Positions 1 to 10,713 are shown, numbered from the stretch's first letter. The stretch is 64,000 nucleotides of DNA from an uncultured Acidobacteriota bacterium (GCA_963700145.1 OY969474.1:3488001-3552000), one strand, 5' to 3'. Program-made: numbers and translations. Notes: generated by a model not told the origin, from the sequence alone.

Positions 1-885
1 GACGAACTCCTCCGGCAGCCGCTCGGCGCGCATCTCGGCGGCGAGCGCTTCGTGGTCGTAGGGCAGCGGCACGAGCTCGACGTCGAGCGCCGCCTCGCCC
101 GCGCCCGCCGCGACCAGCGCGTACCAGACCTCCGTCCGCCCGTCGTTGGCGGGCCGGCCGAGGGCGCCGACGTTGACGACCTCGCGGCCGGAGGGGAGGC
201 GGCGGTGCCAGTGCAGGCCGGTGTGGGTGCAGAGGACGGCGTCGCAGCGGTTCTGCGCCGCCAGCAGCTCCAGGAACGGCACCGGCGCGGTCGAGGCGAA
301 GAGGAACTCGTTGACCCGCCGCGGCGAGCCGTGGACCAGGAGCAGCTCGCGCCCGCCGACCCGCACCCGCCGCCGCTTCGGCAGCGTCCCCATCCACGCC
401 TTGAAGGCCGGCGTGCAGTGCCGCTCGGTGTAGTGGTAGGAGAGCTCGGCGAAGTGGTTGTCGCGCGGGTCGGTGTAGCCGCAGTTGCAGTCCTCGCGGC
501 CGGCAGCGAGCGACTCCTCGTAGTTGCCCTGGATGGCGCGCACGCCGCCGCGCTCGAGGAGCGGCCAGACCTTTTCAGGGGACGGGCCGAAGCCGCCGAG
601 GTCGCCGAGGCAGTAGACCGCCTCGGCGCCGCGCCGCGCGGCGTCGGCGAGGAGCGCCGCCAGGGCGTGGTGGTTGCTGTAGACGCCGCCGCAGACGGCG
701 ATCTTCGCGAACGGCCCCTCGACGGGCGTGGGATCGGCGAACGGCGCGCCGTAGGCGGCGGCGGCTGCGGCACGCTCCGGTTCCGGCAGCGCGCGGCCGG
801 CCCGCGCCGCCGCGGCACGGAAGTCGCCGAGCGGCACCAGCCGCTCGCCCCACGTCGCCAGGCCGCGGTGCGTGGTAAGCCCCAT
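1..885 (-). CDS. Metallophosphoesterase family protein (YfcE/MJ0936-like), 3' end beyond the window
   Basis: My translation from ATG 885: KIAVCGGVYSNHHAL...YCLGDLGGFGP...IQGNYEE...DCNCGY...LLVHGSPRRVNEFLF. GD, GN and HG motifs are present. Absent from the ORF track because there is no stop in the window. Confidence 0.8.
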   Translation of the reverse strand, partial: MGLTTHRGLATWGERLVPLGDFRAAAARAGRALPEPERAAAAAAYGAPFADPTPVEGPFAKIAVCGGVYSNHHALAALLADAARRGAEAVYCLGDLGGFGPSPEKVWPLLERGGVRAIQGNYEESLAAGREDCNCGYTDPRDNHFAELSYHYTERHCTPAFKAWMGTLPKRRRVRVGGRELLLVHGSPRRVNEFLFASTAPVPFLELLAAQNRCDAVLCTHTGLHWHRRLPSGREVVNVGALGRPANDGRTEVWYALVAAGAGEAALDVELVPLPYDHEALAAEMRAERLPEEFV

Positions 886-887
886 CG

Positions 888-1782
888 TCAGGTCCGGCAG
901 CTCACGCCGTAGACGTGGCAGGTCCAGCAGGCGGAGTGGGCGAGCGGGAAGGGGCCGAGGGTGTCGGCGAGCGTCTCGCCCATCCTGGCCCGACGGCTCG
1001 TTGACCAGGATCGGGCAGACCCACACCCCCTGGTCGGTCGCCATGCGGCAGCCGCTGCACTGCAGGTGGTCCCAGCTCCCGTCCGGGGCGTCGCCCTCCG
1101 ACAGCCGCTGCCAGCTCGCGTAGGCGCCGCCGCGCTCGGCCTCGGCGCCGATCTGGAAGACCGGCAGGACCTTGAGGCGCGGCTTCGCGATGCCCAGGTC
1201 GCGCAGCAGCGCGAAGAAGCGCGCCTTCCCTTCGACGGTCGCGGCGTCGCGGCAGACCTCGGTGACGGTGATGACCGGGTTGAGCCCGGCCGCGTGCAGG
1301 TTGCGGACGCCCTCCAGGATGCGTTCGAAGGTGCCGGCGCCGCGGATCGGGTCGTTCGTCGCGGCGTCGTAGCCGTCGAGCGAGACGCGCAGGTCGAGCG
1401 AGTAGGGCGTGGCGTCGGCGAGCGCCGCCAGGCGGGCGCAGCGGCGCGGGTCGAGGAGGAGGCCGTTGGTCAGCACGCTCGCCGGCCCGACGCGCAGCGT
1501 CGCTTCGAGGATCGCCTCCATCTCCGGGTTCAGGAACGGCTCGCCGCCGGTGAAGTAGTACTCGCGCACGCCGAGCGCCGCGGCCTCGGCGAGGTAGCCC
1601 TCGACCTGCGCCAGCGTCATGAGCTCGTGCGTGTGGTTGGTCGGCGAGCAGGAGATGAAGCAGTGGGTGCAGGCCAGGTTGCAGACCGTGCCGCCGACCT
1701 GGAACCAGAGGGTGTCGAGCGCGCGCAGCTCGACCCGCGGCACGGGGCGGTCGGTCGGAGAGCTTGCGGACAAGTCGGTCAC
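888..1782 (-). CDS. Radical SAM protein (related to the ArsS/rSAM-selenodomain group), one apparent +1 indel near 990
   Basis: GTG 1782; LDTLWFQVGGTVCNLACTHCFISCSP (CxxxCxxC), FTGGEPF, VLTNG, VSLDG. Cys-rich tail QCSGC..VCP..ACWTCHVYGVSCRT ends at stop 888 in the shifted frame. Confidence 0.8.
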
Positions 1783-1869
1783 GGCGTTCGATCCAGACGA
1801 CGGCGGCCTCGATGCACGACACCGAGGTCGTCAAACTCGGCGTGCGGCGCGCGGGCCGCGGGGACGGGA

Positions 1870-2625
1870 TCAGAAGGGCAGGAGCGGCGGCGGCGCGCGG
1901 GCGGGGAGTGGCGAGGAGGCGGCGAAGGCCGGCAGGTCCAGCCGTCGGGGCCGCGCCGGGCGCGCCAGCGCGGCGAGCGTGCGGGCGAGGAGCGCGCGCC
2001 AGAGCGCCAGGCGCTCGCCGCCCGCGTCGGCCCCGCCGTCGCCCAGCCAGCCGGCGAGGTCGGCCGGATCGTCGAGGTCGGCGAGCGGCGGCAGCAGCTC
2101 GACCGGCCGCCCGGCGGCGCGCAGCGCGGCGAGGAGGCTCGCCAGCGCGTCGGCGCGGCACCAGCGGACCGCGGCAAGGTCGGAGATCGGGCCGGCCGCC
2201 GCGAGGAGGTAGAGCCCGCCGTCCGGGCTCGGGCCGACGACGACGGCGTCGGGCCGGACGGCGAGGAGCGCCAGCGCGCGCTCGACGTGCGCCGCGGCGA
2301 GCCCCGGGGTGTCGGCGCCGACGACGACGAGCGGCGCCGCGCCGCCGGCGAAGGCCTCGGCCATCGCCGCCTCCAGCCGCGCGCCGAACGGGCCCTGCCG
2401 CTGCGGCAGCTCGCGGTCGGCGTCGAGGCCGAGCGGCGCCGGCGAGCAGACCGCGGTCGCCAGCCCCGCGGCGCGGCCGGCGGCGAGCGCCGCCTCGGCG
2501 CAGGCGCGGCGCATGCCGACCTCGAGCGCCGCCAGCCGCCGCGGCAGGAGCGGCCGGCGGGCGCGCTCCGCCGGAGCGCCGAGCGTGAAGACCAGCAGCG
2601 TCGGAGTGCCTGCGATCGAAGACAT
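1870..2625 (-). CDS. DUF2064 / TIGR04282-like glycosyltransferase-A-fold protein
   Basis: QRQGPFGARLEAAM, VVVGADTPGL, VVGPSPDGGLYLL and LADLDDPADL motifs typical of DUF2064. Confidence 0.8.
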   Translation of the reverse strand: MSSIAGTPTLLVFTLGAPAERARRPLLPRRLAALEVGMRRACAEAALAAGRAAGLATAVCSPAPLGLDADRELPQRQGPFGARLEAAMAEAFAGGAAPLVVVGADTPGLAAAHVERALALLAVRPDAVVVGPSPDGGLYLLAAAGPISDLAAVRWCRADALASLLAALRAAGRPVELLPPLADLDDPADLAGWLGDGGADAGGERLALWRALLARTLAALARPARPRRLDLPAFAASSPLPARAPPPLLPF

Positions 2626-2771
2626 GCCTTGCGGCTCTATACGGCGCCCGCGCCGGCCGCGGATGCCGCGCCGGCGCGCGTTTCGGCAAGAGCGCGAGGA
2701 AGTCTAGCGCAAGCCGCGGCGTGCTACGCTGGCGCCCCGCTCGCCGGCCGCGGGCGGCGCGTGGACCCCGC

Positions 2772-3823
2772 TTGAAGATCGCCGCCGTCGGCAAGGCCCT
2801 CCCCCCGCACTACTACGACCAGGACACTCTCCTGGAAGCCCTGCGCCAGCGCTGGGCCGACCGCCACTACAACCCCGGCCGCCTCGAGCGGCTGCACAAG
2901 AACGTGCTGGTCGGCGGCCGCCACCTGGCGCTGCCGATCGAGGAGTACGCCGGCCTCACCACCTGGGGCAAGGCCAACGACGCCTGGATCCGCGTCGCGC
3001 AGGAGGTCGGCGAGGCGGCGGTGCGCGACGCGCTCGGCGCGCGCGGGCCTCGACCCCGAGGCGATCGACGCCCTCATCTTCGTCACCGTGACCGGCGTCG
3101 CCACGCCCTCGATCGACGCCCGGCTGGTCAACCGCCTGGGGCTCTCGCCGCGCGTCAAGCGGATGCCGATCTTCGGCCTCGGCTGCGTCGCCGGCGCGGC
3201 GGGGATCGCGCGCGCCGCCGACTACGTCCGCGCCTTCCCGGACCAGGTGGCGGTGCTGCTCTCGGTCGAGCTCTGCTCGCTCACCCTGCAGCCGGAGGAC
3301 CTCTCGATCCCCAACCTGATCGCCTCCGGCCTCTTCGGCGACGGCGCCGCGGCGGTCGTCGTGGTGCGGCGACGAGCGGCCGGCCGACGGCCCGCGCATC
3401 GTCGCCACCCGCTCGATCTTCTACCCCGACTCCGAGCGCGTCATGGGCTGGGACATCTCCGAGAGCGGCTTCCAGATCGTGCTCTCCGCCGAGGTGCCGC
3501 AGGTCGTGCGCGACCACCTGCGCGCCGACGTCGACACCTTCCTCGCCGACCAGGGCCTGGCGCGCGGCGACATCGCCACCTGGATCTCCCACCCCGGCGG
3601 CCCCAAGGTGCTGGAGGCGATGGCCGAGGCGCTGGAGCTCCCCGAAGGCGCGCTCGACGTCACCTGGCGGAGCCTGCAGGAGGTCGGCAACCTCTCCTCG
3701 ACCTCGGTCCTCCTCGTCCTCCGCGACACCCTCGACTCCCACCGCCCGCCCCCCGGCAGCTACGGCCTGATCTCCGCCATGGGCCCCGGCTTCTGCTCCG
3801 AGCTGGTGCTGCTGCAGTGGTGA
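2772..3823 (+). CDS. Type III polyketide synthase (chalcone synthase-like), frameshifted in this sequence
   Basis: Three ORF pieces give catalytic GLGCVAGAAG (Cys), VELCSL, LFGDGAAA, SHPGGPKVL (His), GNLSS (Asn) and AMGPGFCSELVLLQW. Confidence 0.9.
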
Positions 3824-4421
3824 GCGCCGGCGCCGACACGCGGCTCCTCTTCACCCTCCTCGTCGTCGCCGCGGCGCTCGGGCGCGGCGTCGAGCTGCGT
3901 GATCGCCGAGCGCCACCGCCGGCGGCTGCTGGCGAACGGCGCCGTCGAGACCGGCGCCGGGCACTACCCGTGGATGGTGGCGTCTCCACGCCGCGCTTGC
4001 TCGTCGCCGCGCCGGCTGGAGGTCTGGCTCCTCGACCGGCCCTTCCTGCCCTGGCTCGCCTTCCCGATGCTCGCGCTCTTCGCGCTCGCGACGGCGCTGC
4101 GCTGGTGGGTGATCGCCACGCTCGGCGAGCGCTGGACGACGCGCATCCTCGTCCTGCCGGAGGCGCCGCCGGTCACCGGCGGGCCCTACCGCTTCCTCCG
4201 CCACCCCAACTACCTGGCGGTCGTCCTGGAGCTCGCCGCGCTGCCGCTCGTCCACACCGCCTGGCTCACCGCCCTGGCCTCGCCGCCGTGCCGAACGCCG
4301 CGATCCTCCGCGTGCGCATCCGCGCCGAGGAGCGGGCGCTCGCCGGCGCCTCCGACTACGCCGCGCGCTTCGCCGGCCGCCCGCGCCTCGTGCCGGGCGC
4401 GCCGCCCGCCGGACGCGATGA
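3820..4421 (+). CDS. Isoprenylcysteine carboxyl methyltransferase-like membrane methyltransferase (SrsB/BpsB type), frameshifted
   Basis: LRWWVIATLGERWTTRI...GGPYRFLRHPNYLAV...RIRAEERAL, directly after the type III PKS. Confidence 0.85.
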
Positions 4422-4677
4422 CCCGCGCCGCCGATCCTGGACGGGATCGCCGAGGTGGCGCGGCGCCACCTCGGCTGGCAGGGCGCGCTGACGCCGGCGA
4501 TGCGCCTGGTCGAGGACCTCCGGCTCGACTCGATCCGCCTGCTGACCCTGGCGGCCGAGGTGGAGAACCGTTTCCGCGTCATCCTGGACGAGGAGGACGA
4601 GCTGCGCCATCGAGACCGTCGGCGACCTGGTCGCCCTCGTGGCCGTGAAGCTGCAAGCCGGTTGACCTGCCCCGTGA
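4418..4677 (+). CDS. Acyl carrier protein, frameshifted; end approximate
   Basis: RLVEDLRLDSIRLLTLAAEVENRF contains the phosphopantetheine attachment DS motif. Confidence 0.8.
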
Positions 4678-6470
4678 GCGATTCGCCGCCCGCCGCCACC
4701 CTCCTCGACCTCCTCGCGCGCGGCGGGCGCCGCCCGGACGGCGGCCTCCGCTTCCTCGACCGCGACGAGCGGGCGACCTGGGTCGGCTGGGCCGAGGTGC
4801 GCGAGCGGGCGCTGGCGGTCGCGCGGCGGCCTGCAGCGCGCTCGGCGTCGGCGCCGGGCGACCGGGTGGCGCTCGTCTTCCCCACCGGCCCCGAGTTCTT
4901 CGACGCCTTCTTCGGCGCGCTCGCTCGCCGGCGCGGTGCCGGTGCCGCTCTACCCGCCGGTGCGGCTCGGGCCGGCTCGACGAGTACCTCGAGCGCACCG
5001 CGCGCATGCTGGAGGTGGCCGGCGCCCGGCTGGTGCTCGCCGACCGCCGGGTCAAGGCGCGTGCTCGGCGAGGTCGTCGCCGCGCGCCCGCCCGCGCCTC
5101 GGCTGCCGCACGCTCGGCGAGCTGCCGGCGCGAGCGCGCCGAGCCGCCGCCGGTCGCGCCGAGCGACCTGGCGCTCGTCCAGTTCTCCTCCGGCACCACG
5201 GTCGAGCCCAAGCCGGTCGCGCTCTCGCCACCGCGCCGTCGTCGCCCAGGTGCGCAGCCTGAACAGCTTCCTGGCGGCGACACTCCGAGAGCTGCGCGAC
5301 AGCGGCGTCTCGCTGGCTGCCGCTCTACCACGACATGGGGCTCATCGGCTGCGTCTTCCCGGCCCTCGCCCGCGACGCCAGCCTCACCCTGATCGGCCCC
5401 GAGCACGTTCGTCGCCCGCCCGGCCCTCTGGCTGCGCGCCCTCTCGCGCTACCGCGCGCACGATCTCGCCGGCCCCGAACTTCGCCTACGCCCTCTGCGC
5501 GACGCGCATCCGCGACGCCGAGATGGAGGGCGTCGACCTCTCGTCCTGGCGGCCTCGCCCTCAACGGCGCCGAGCCGGTGGCGCCGCCGGTGCTGCGCGC
5601 CTTCGCCGAGCGCTTCGCCCGCTGGGGCTTCCGGCCCGAGGCGCTGACCCCGGTCTACGGCCTCTCCGAGGCGGCGCTCGCCGTCACCTTCTCCGCGCTC
5701 GACCGGCCGTTCGCGAGCCGGCGGTTCGAGCGCGAGGCGCTGGCGCGCGAGGGGCGGGCGCGTGGACGACGCCGAGGGGCGCGAGATCGTCTCGGTCGGC
5801 CGGCCGGTGCCCGGCTTCCGCCTGCGCGATCCGCGACGAGGCCGGCCGCGACGCTGCCCGAGCGCCGGGTCGGACGGCGTCTGGATCGCCGGGGCCGTCG
5901 CTCATGGAGGGCTACCTCGACGACCCCGAGGCCACCGCCGCGCGCCCTGCGCGACGGCTGGCTCGACACCGGCGACCTCGGCTTCCTCGCCGACGGCGAG
6001 CTGTACCTGACCGGCCGCGCCAAGGACGTCGTCATCCTGCGCGGCCGCAACTACGCGCCGGAGGAGATCGAGCGCGCGCGTCGACGGCGTCCCGGGCGTG
6101 CGCACCGGCTGCGCGGTGGCGGCGAGCTGGCTGCCGGAGGACGCGCCACGGCGAGGCGCTGGTGCTCTTCGTCGAGCGCCGGCGCGGGCGCCGGCCGCCG
6201 AGGAGCTCGCGGCGCTGCCCGAGGCCTGCCGCGCGGCCGTGCTGCGGCGCCACCGGCCTCGCCGTCGACGAGGTCGTCGTGCTGCCGCCGGGGACGCTGC
6301 CGCGCACCTCGTCCGGCAAGCTCCGCCGCGCCGAGGCGCTGCGGCTCTGGCTGGCCGGCGAGCTGGCGCCGCCGGAGCCGGTGACGCCGCTGCGCCTGGC
6401 CGACGGCCATGGCGCGCTCGGCGCTCGCCTACGCGCGGCTGCGCGGAGGCGCGGAGGCGACTCGGAGTGA
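4674..6470 (+). CDS. Fatty acyl-AMP ligase (FAAL), multiple frameshifts
   Basis: Pieces give [61 protein letters not shown] and LPRTSSGK. Confidence 0.85.
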   Translation: MSDSPPAATLLDLLARGGRRPDGGLRFLDRDERATWVGWAEVRERALAVARRPAARSASAPGDRVALVFPTGPEFFDAFFGALARRRGAGAALPAGAARAGSTSTSSAPRACWRWPAPGWCSPTAGSRRVLGEVVAARPPAPRLPHARRAAGASAPSRRRSRRATWRSSSSPPAPRSSPSRSRSRHRAVVAQVRSLNSFLAATLRELRDSGVSLAAALPRHGAHRLRLPGPRPRRQPHPDRPRARSSPARPSGCAPSRATARTISPAPNFAYALCATRIRDAEMEGVDLSSWRPRPQRRRAGGAAGAARLRRALRPLGLPARGADPGLRPLRGGARRHLLRARPAVREPAVRARGAGARGAGAWTTPRGARSSRSAGRCPASACAIRDEAGRDAARAPGRTASGSPGPSLMEGYLDDPEATAARPARRLARHRRPRLPRRRRAVPDRPRQGRRHPARPQLRAGGDRARASTASRACAPAARWRRAGCRRTRHGEALVLFVERRRGRRPPRSSRRCPRPAARPCCGATGLAVDEVVVLPPGTLPRTSSGKLRRAEALRLWLAGELAPPEPVTPLRLADGHGALGARLRAAARRRGGDSE

Positions 6471-7593
6471 CGCTCCGGCCGGCGTCCTGGACGTCCTGGT
6501 CGTCGGCGGCGGCCCGGCCGGTCTCGCCACCGCCATCGACGCGCGCCGCGCCGGCCTCTCGCGTCCGCGTCCTCGACCGCGCCCGGCCGCCGATCGACAA
6601 GGCCTGCGGCGAGGGGCTGATGCCCGACGCCGCCGCCCACCTGCGCCGAGCTCGGCGTCGAGCTCGCCGCCGGCGCCGGCCTCCCCTTCCGCGGCATCCG
6701 CTACCTCGACGGCGCCGCTCGTCGCCGAGGGCGACTTCCCGCGCGGCGGCGGCCTCGGCGTCCGGCGGCTCGCCCTCCACGCCGCGCTCGTCCGCCGGGC
6801 CGAGGAGGCCGGCGTCGCGCTCGCTGGGGAGTACGACGCGTGCGCGGCCTGCGGCCCGGACGGCGTCGAGACCGACCGGGGGCCGCTCCGCGGCGCGCTG
6901 GATCGTCGGCGCCGACGGCCTGCTCTCGCGGGTCCGCCGCTGGGCCGGGCTCGACGGCGCCGCCGGCGCCGCGCCGCCGCTTCGGCGTCCGCCGCCACTT
7001 CGCGCATCGCGCCCTGGAGCGACTTCGTCGAGGTCTACTGGGGGCCGGGCTGCGAGGCCTACGTCACGCCGGTCGCCGCCGGACCTGGTCGGCGTCGCCA
7101 TGCTCTGGAGCGGCGCGACGGCCGGCTTCGACGACCTCCTGGCGCGCTTCCCGGCGCTCGCCGCGCGGCTCGCCGGCGCGCCCGACGCCTCGCGCGACCG
7201 CGGCGCCGGGCCGCTCGCACCAGCGGGTCCGGGCGCGTCGCCGCGGGCAACGTGGCCCTGGTCGGCGACGCCGCCGGCTACCTCGACGCCATCACCGGCG
7301 AGGGGCTCGCCGTGGCGCTCCACCAGTCCGCGGCGCTGGTCGAGGCCCTGCCGCGGGCGACCTCGGCGCGCTACGCCGCGGCCCACCGCCGCATCGACCG
7401 GCTGCCCAACGCCATGACCCGCCTGGTGCTCGCCCTGGAGCGGCGCCCCCGGCTGCGCGCCCGGGCGATCCGCGCCCTCGCCGCCGAGCCCGCGCTCTTC
7501 TCGCCGCCTGCTCGGCATCCACGCCCGCACCCTGCCGCCGCGCGCCCTCGGGGCCGACGGGGCGCTGCGCTCTCTCGCCTGGCGGGCGGCTGA
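6467..7593 (+). CDS. FAD-dependent oxidoreductase/monooxygenase (geranylgeranyl reductase-like), frameshifted; start approximate
   Basis: DVLVVGGGPAG, DKACGEGLMP, IVGADG and LVGDAAGYLDAITGEGL motifs. Confidence 0.85.
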
Positions 7594-7640
7594 CCGGAGG
7601 CCGGGAGAACCGCGCGGGGCCGAATCCGCACTTACCGTCC

Positions 7641-8220
7641 ATGACCAGGCGCCAGCGCACCCTCTCCGTCGCGGCGGGCCTCGCCCTCGCCCTCCTCCCC
7701 GCCGCGCGCGGCCTCACCTTCGAGCTCGATCCCAGAAGAGCCGCATCCTCTTCGCTTCGGCGCCACCCTGCACGAGGTGCACGGGACGATGGAGATCGAA
7801 GAGGGGCGCCTCCAGTACGACCCGGCGACCCGCGCCGCCGACGGCCGGGTGGTCGTCGACCTGACCAGCGCCACGACCGGCAACGAGCGGCGCGACGAGA
7901 AGATGCACGAGAAGATCCTGGAAACCGGCCGCTACCCGCAGGCGGTCTTCACCGTCGAGCGGATGACCGGCGCCTACAACGCCATCGGCCGGAGCGACCT
8001 CCAGGTCCACGGCACGCTGGACATCCACGGCGCCACCCACCCCGTCACCTTCCCGGCGGAGGTGCGGACCGAAAACGACCGCGTGACCGCCCGCGGCCAC
8101 CTCACCATCCCCTACGTCGAATGGGGGCTCGACGACCCGAGCTTCCTCGTGTTCCGGGTGGCCAAGACGGTCGACGTCACCCTCGAAGTCGCCGGCACCC
8201 TCCGCCCCTCGCCCGTGCCG
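7641..8220 (+). CDS. YceI family lipid/polyisoprenoid-binding protein; frameshifted, stop not seen
   Basis: Signal-like N-terminus, then ATLHEVHG...TGNERRDEKMHEKILET..YP..GTLDIHGATHPV. Confidence 0.8.
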
Positions 8221-8250
8221 GGCCGCCCCGGCGTACAATCAGGGTTTGCG

Positions 8251-9819
8251 ATGAAGAAGCCCGCGCCCCACGACTGGTCCTCCCGCCGCGCCGACGAGCG
8301 CCCGGTCGAGCCGTTCCGCCCCACGGGCGGTACCGGCTGGCCCTCGCCTACGCGAACACCTACCACGTCGGCATGTCGAGCCTGGGCTTCCAGCGCGTCT
8401 ACGAGCTGGTCCACCGGCGGCCGGACTGGTCGTGCGAGCGCTTCTTCACCGACGGCGCCGGCATGCCGCTCTCGGTCGAGAGCGGGCGCCCGCTCGACGA
8501 GTTCGGCTGCGTCGCCTTCTCGGTCTCCTTCGAGGAGGACTACGTCAACCTCCTCCAGATGCTCGACCGGGCGCGCATCCCGCTGCGGCGCGAGGCGCGG
8601 CGCCCGTGGGACCCGCTGATCGTCATGGGCGGCTCCTGCGCCGTCGATCAACCCGCTGCCGATGGCGGAGTTCGTCGACGTCTTCGCCCTCGGCGCGGCC
8701 GAGAACGTCCTGCCGGCGCTGCTCGCCGCCCTCGAAGAGGAGGACGACCGCGAAGCGGTCATCGAGCGGCTCGCGGCGCACCCCGGCTTCTACGTCCCCG
8801 CCCTCCACCGCCCCGAGGAGGACGGCGACGGCCTCGCCCAAGCTGCGACAAGCTGGAGCTCACCGAGGAGCAGATGCACGCGCCCGGCCACCTGCCGACG
8901 ACCGCCATCGTCACCCCGCGCACCGAGTTCGCCGAGAAGTTCCTGATCGAGATGTCGCGCGGCTGCCCCGAGAAGTGCCGGTACTGCTGGGCCACCTTCG
9001 GCATGGGCCAGTTCCGCTGGCACCCGACCGAGTACATCCTCGGCTCGCTCGACCGCGCGCGCCCGGTCACCGACCAGCTCGGCTTCGTCGCCACCGCCGT
9101 CGGCGACCACCCGGACATCGAGAAGATCCTGCGCGAGGCGAACGGGCTCGGCTTCCGCACCTCGGTCTCCTCGATCCGCATCCCGGCGGTGACCGAGGGC
9201 GTGCTCGACGCGCTCCACGCCTCGGGCGACCGCTCGATCACCCTGGCGCCCGAGACCGGCACCGACGAGCTGCGGGTCAAGATGGGCAAGCCGATCCCCA
9301 ACGCCTTCCTGCTCGAGAAGGTCCGGCTGATCTTCCGCCACGGCTTCACCCAGCTCAAGCTCTACTTCATCATCGGCCTGCCCGACGAGACGATGGAGGA
9401 CGTCCAGGGCATCCTCGAGCTCGCCGCCCGCGCCGCGCCGTCATGCTCGAGGAGGCGGCGAAGACCGGCGTCATCGGCCACGTCCACCTCGGGCGTCAAC
9501 GTGCTGGTGCCGAAGCCCTACACCCCCTGGCAGCGCGAGCCGATGGACGACGAGCGGAGCCTCAAGGAGAAGATCGCGGTCCTCAAGAAGGGCGTGGCGC
9601 GGCTGCCCAACGTCTCGATGGGCTCGATCTCGATCCGCCAGGCGGTCTGGCAGACCTACATCAGCAAGGCCGGCAGCGACGCCGCCGACGCCATCGAGCT
9701 GGCCGCCCGCGGCGAGCACCTCTCGGCCCTCCTCCGCCGCTTCGCGCCCGCAGATCCACCCGGAGGTCTTCCGCCCCCTGGAAGGCGACCTCCGCTGGCA
9801 CTTCATGCGCACCGGCTGA
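8251..9819 (+). CDS. Radical SAM protein with N-terminal B12-binding-like domain (TIGR03960-related), frameshifted
   Basis: LAYANTYHVGMSSLG, FSVSFEEDY, IEMSRGCPEKCRYC (CxxxCxxC), ITLAPETG, LKLYFIIGLPDET and VPKPYTP. A TACAAT -10-like box lies at 8234. Confidence 0.85.
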
Positions 9820-9830
9820 ACCCCGGCGCC

Positions 9831-10118
9831 ATGAGCGAACCCGTCCAGCCCAAGAACGAGCCGATCCACCCCGGCCGCCAGTGGGTGGGCAAGCTCGCGA
9901 AGACCGGCCTGCCGGTCCTGATCGCCCTCTGGGCCTGGCCCGCCGTGCGCGGCCTCCTGGAGGGCTGGGCGGAGCGGGGGGAGGGGGCGGGGCTCGAGCG
10001 CCTGCTCCTCTTCGCGGCCATTGCTTTAGCGCCTTGGCTCCTCAAGTGGCGGACCCAGCGCGCGGCGAAGCCGGCGACGACCGGGCCGGACCCTACGAAG
10101 CCTCTCGAACCCTCCTGA
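9831..10118 (+). CDS. Small hypothetical membrane protein
   Basis: ATG 9831; two hydrophobic segments (LPVLIALWAWPAV and LLLFAAIALAPWLL). Confidence 0.6.
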   Translation: MSEPVQPKNEPIHPGRQWVGKLAKTGLPVLIALWAWPAVRGLLEGWAERGEGAGLERLLLFAAIALAPWLLKWRTQRAAKPATTGPDPTKPLEPS

Positions 10119-10131
10119 AGCCCCCAAGATC

Positions 10132-10152
10132 CTCCGGCGGCACCCCGGGATA
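10132..10152. repeat. 21-bp exact direct repeat, copy 1 (copy 2 at 11844-11864)
   Basis: ctccggcggcaccccgggata occurs at both positions. Confidence 0.85.
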
Positions 10153-10166
10153 AGGCCGGGGCGGCG

Positions 10167-10205
10167 GCGTGGTAGGCATCGACTCCGAACGAGCGGGCAT
10201 CCCAA
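10167..10205 (-). repeat. 39-bp exact duplicate of an internal segment of the SRPBCC gene (14362-14400)
   Basis: gcgtggtaggcatcgactccgaacgagcgggcatcccaa at both positions; encodes WDARSFGVDAYHA on the minus strand. Confidence 0.9.
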
Positions 10206-10313
10206 CCGCGCGGTCCCGTCCGCTCGACCCTGCCCGGCGGAAAGGCCCGGCAATCCAGGCACGTCGGGGGCACTTGCGCCGCTCTGGCGCGTCGGATCCC
10301 TGCGCCGTGGTAG

Positions 10314-10544
10314 TTATGGGCAGCCAGTTGAACAACTGGGAAGGCACGCGCCCATGCACTGGTTATATGCTTCCCAATTGTAAGGGTTAACCGGCGGTTG
10401 CTGGCAAGCGAGCCAGCAGTTATTAGCACACTCTTGGTCGTCCACGCAGCTTGCAGCCGGTCTGGGCGGAATCAGCATTGCCGCTATGAAAAGGACTCCC
10501 AGGATTCCAATCCTGCAGAGTGCGTAGGGAGTCTTAGTTCTCAT
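10314..10544 (-). CDS. Small secreted cysteine-rich peptide (8 Cys in the mature part)
   Basis: Strong SD TAAGGAGGTG just before ATG 10544; signal-peptide-like N-terminus; mature region SCVDDQECANNCWLAC...CMGACLPSCSTGCP. Confidence 0.75.
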   Translation of the reverse strand: MRTKTPYALCRIGILGVLFIAAMLIPPRPAASCVDDQECANNCWLACQQPPVNPYNWEAYNQCMGACLPSCSTGCP

Positions 10545-10713
10545 AAACACCTCCTTATGTTGGCAGAGCTCAATTGCTCCGCCCAGCCGCTGCTTCTACG
10601 GAATGGATGACTCTCGCACGCAGCACGCGGAGATCCTTCGACTGTCCGCATATGGTCCTGTTCGGCAAACCGGTGCAGACCCAACAGATGCCTTCCTCCC
10701 TATAAGCTACGAG

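Noticed and set aside
1-1782. Apparent in-frame rSAM-phosphoesterase fusion
   Set aside because: Explained by one extra base near 990; the conserved Cys-rich rSAM tail and its stop lie in the other frame.
7641-8340. Apparent YceI-rSAM read-through fusion
   Set aside because: The region is indel-rich, YceI is exported while the rSAM is cytoplasmic, and a -10-like TACAAT precedes the rSAM ATG. A lost stop is more likely.
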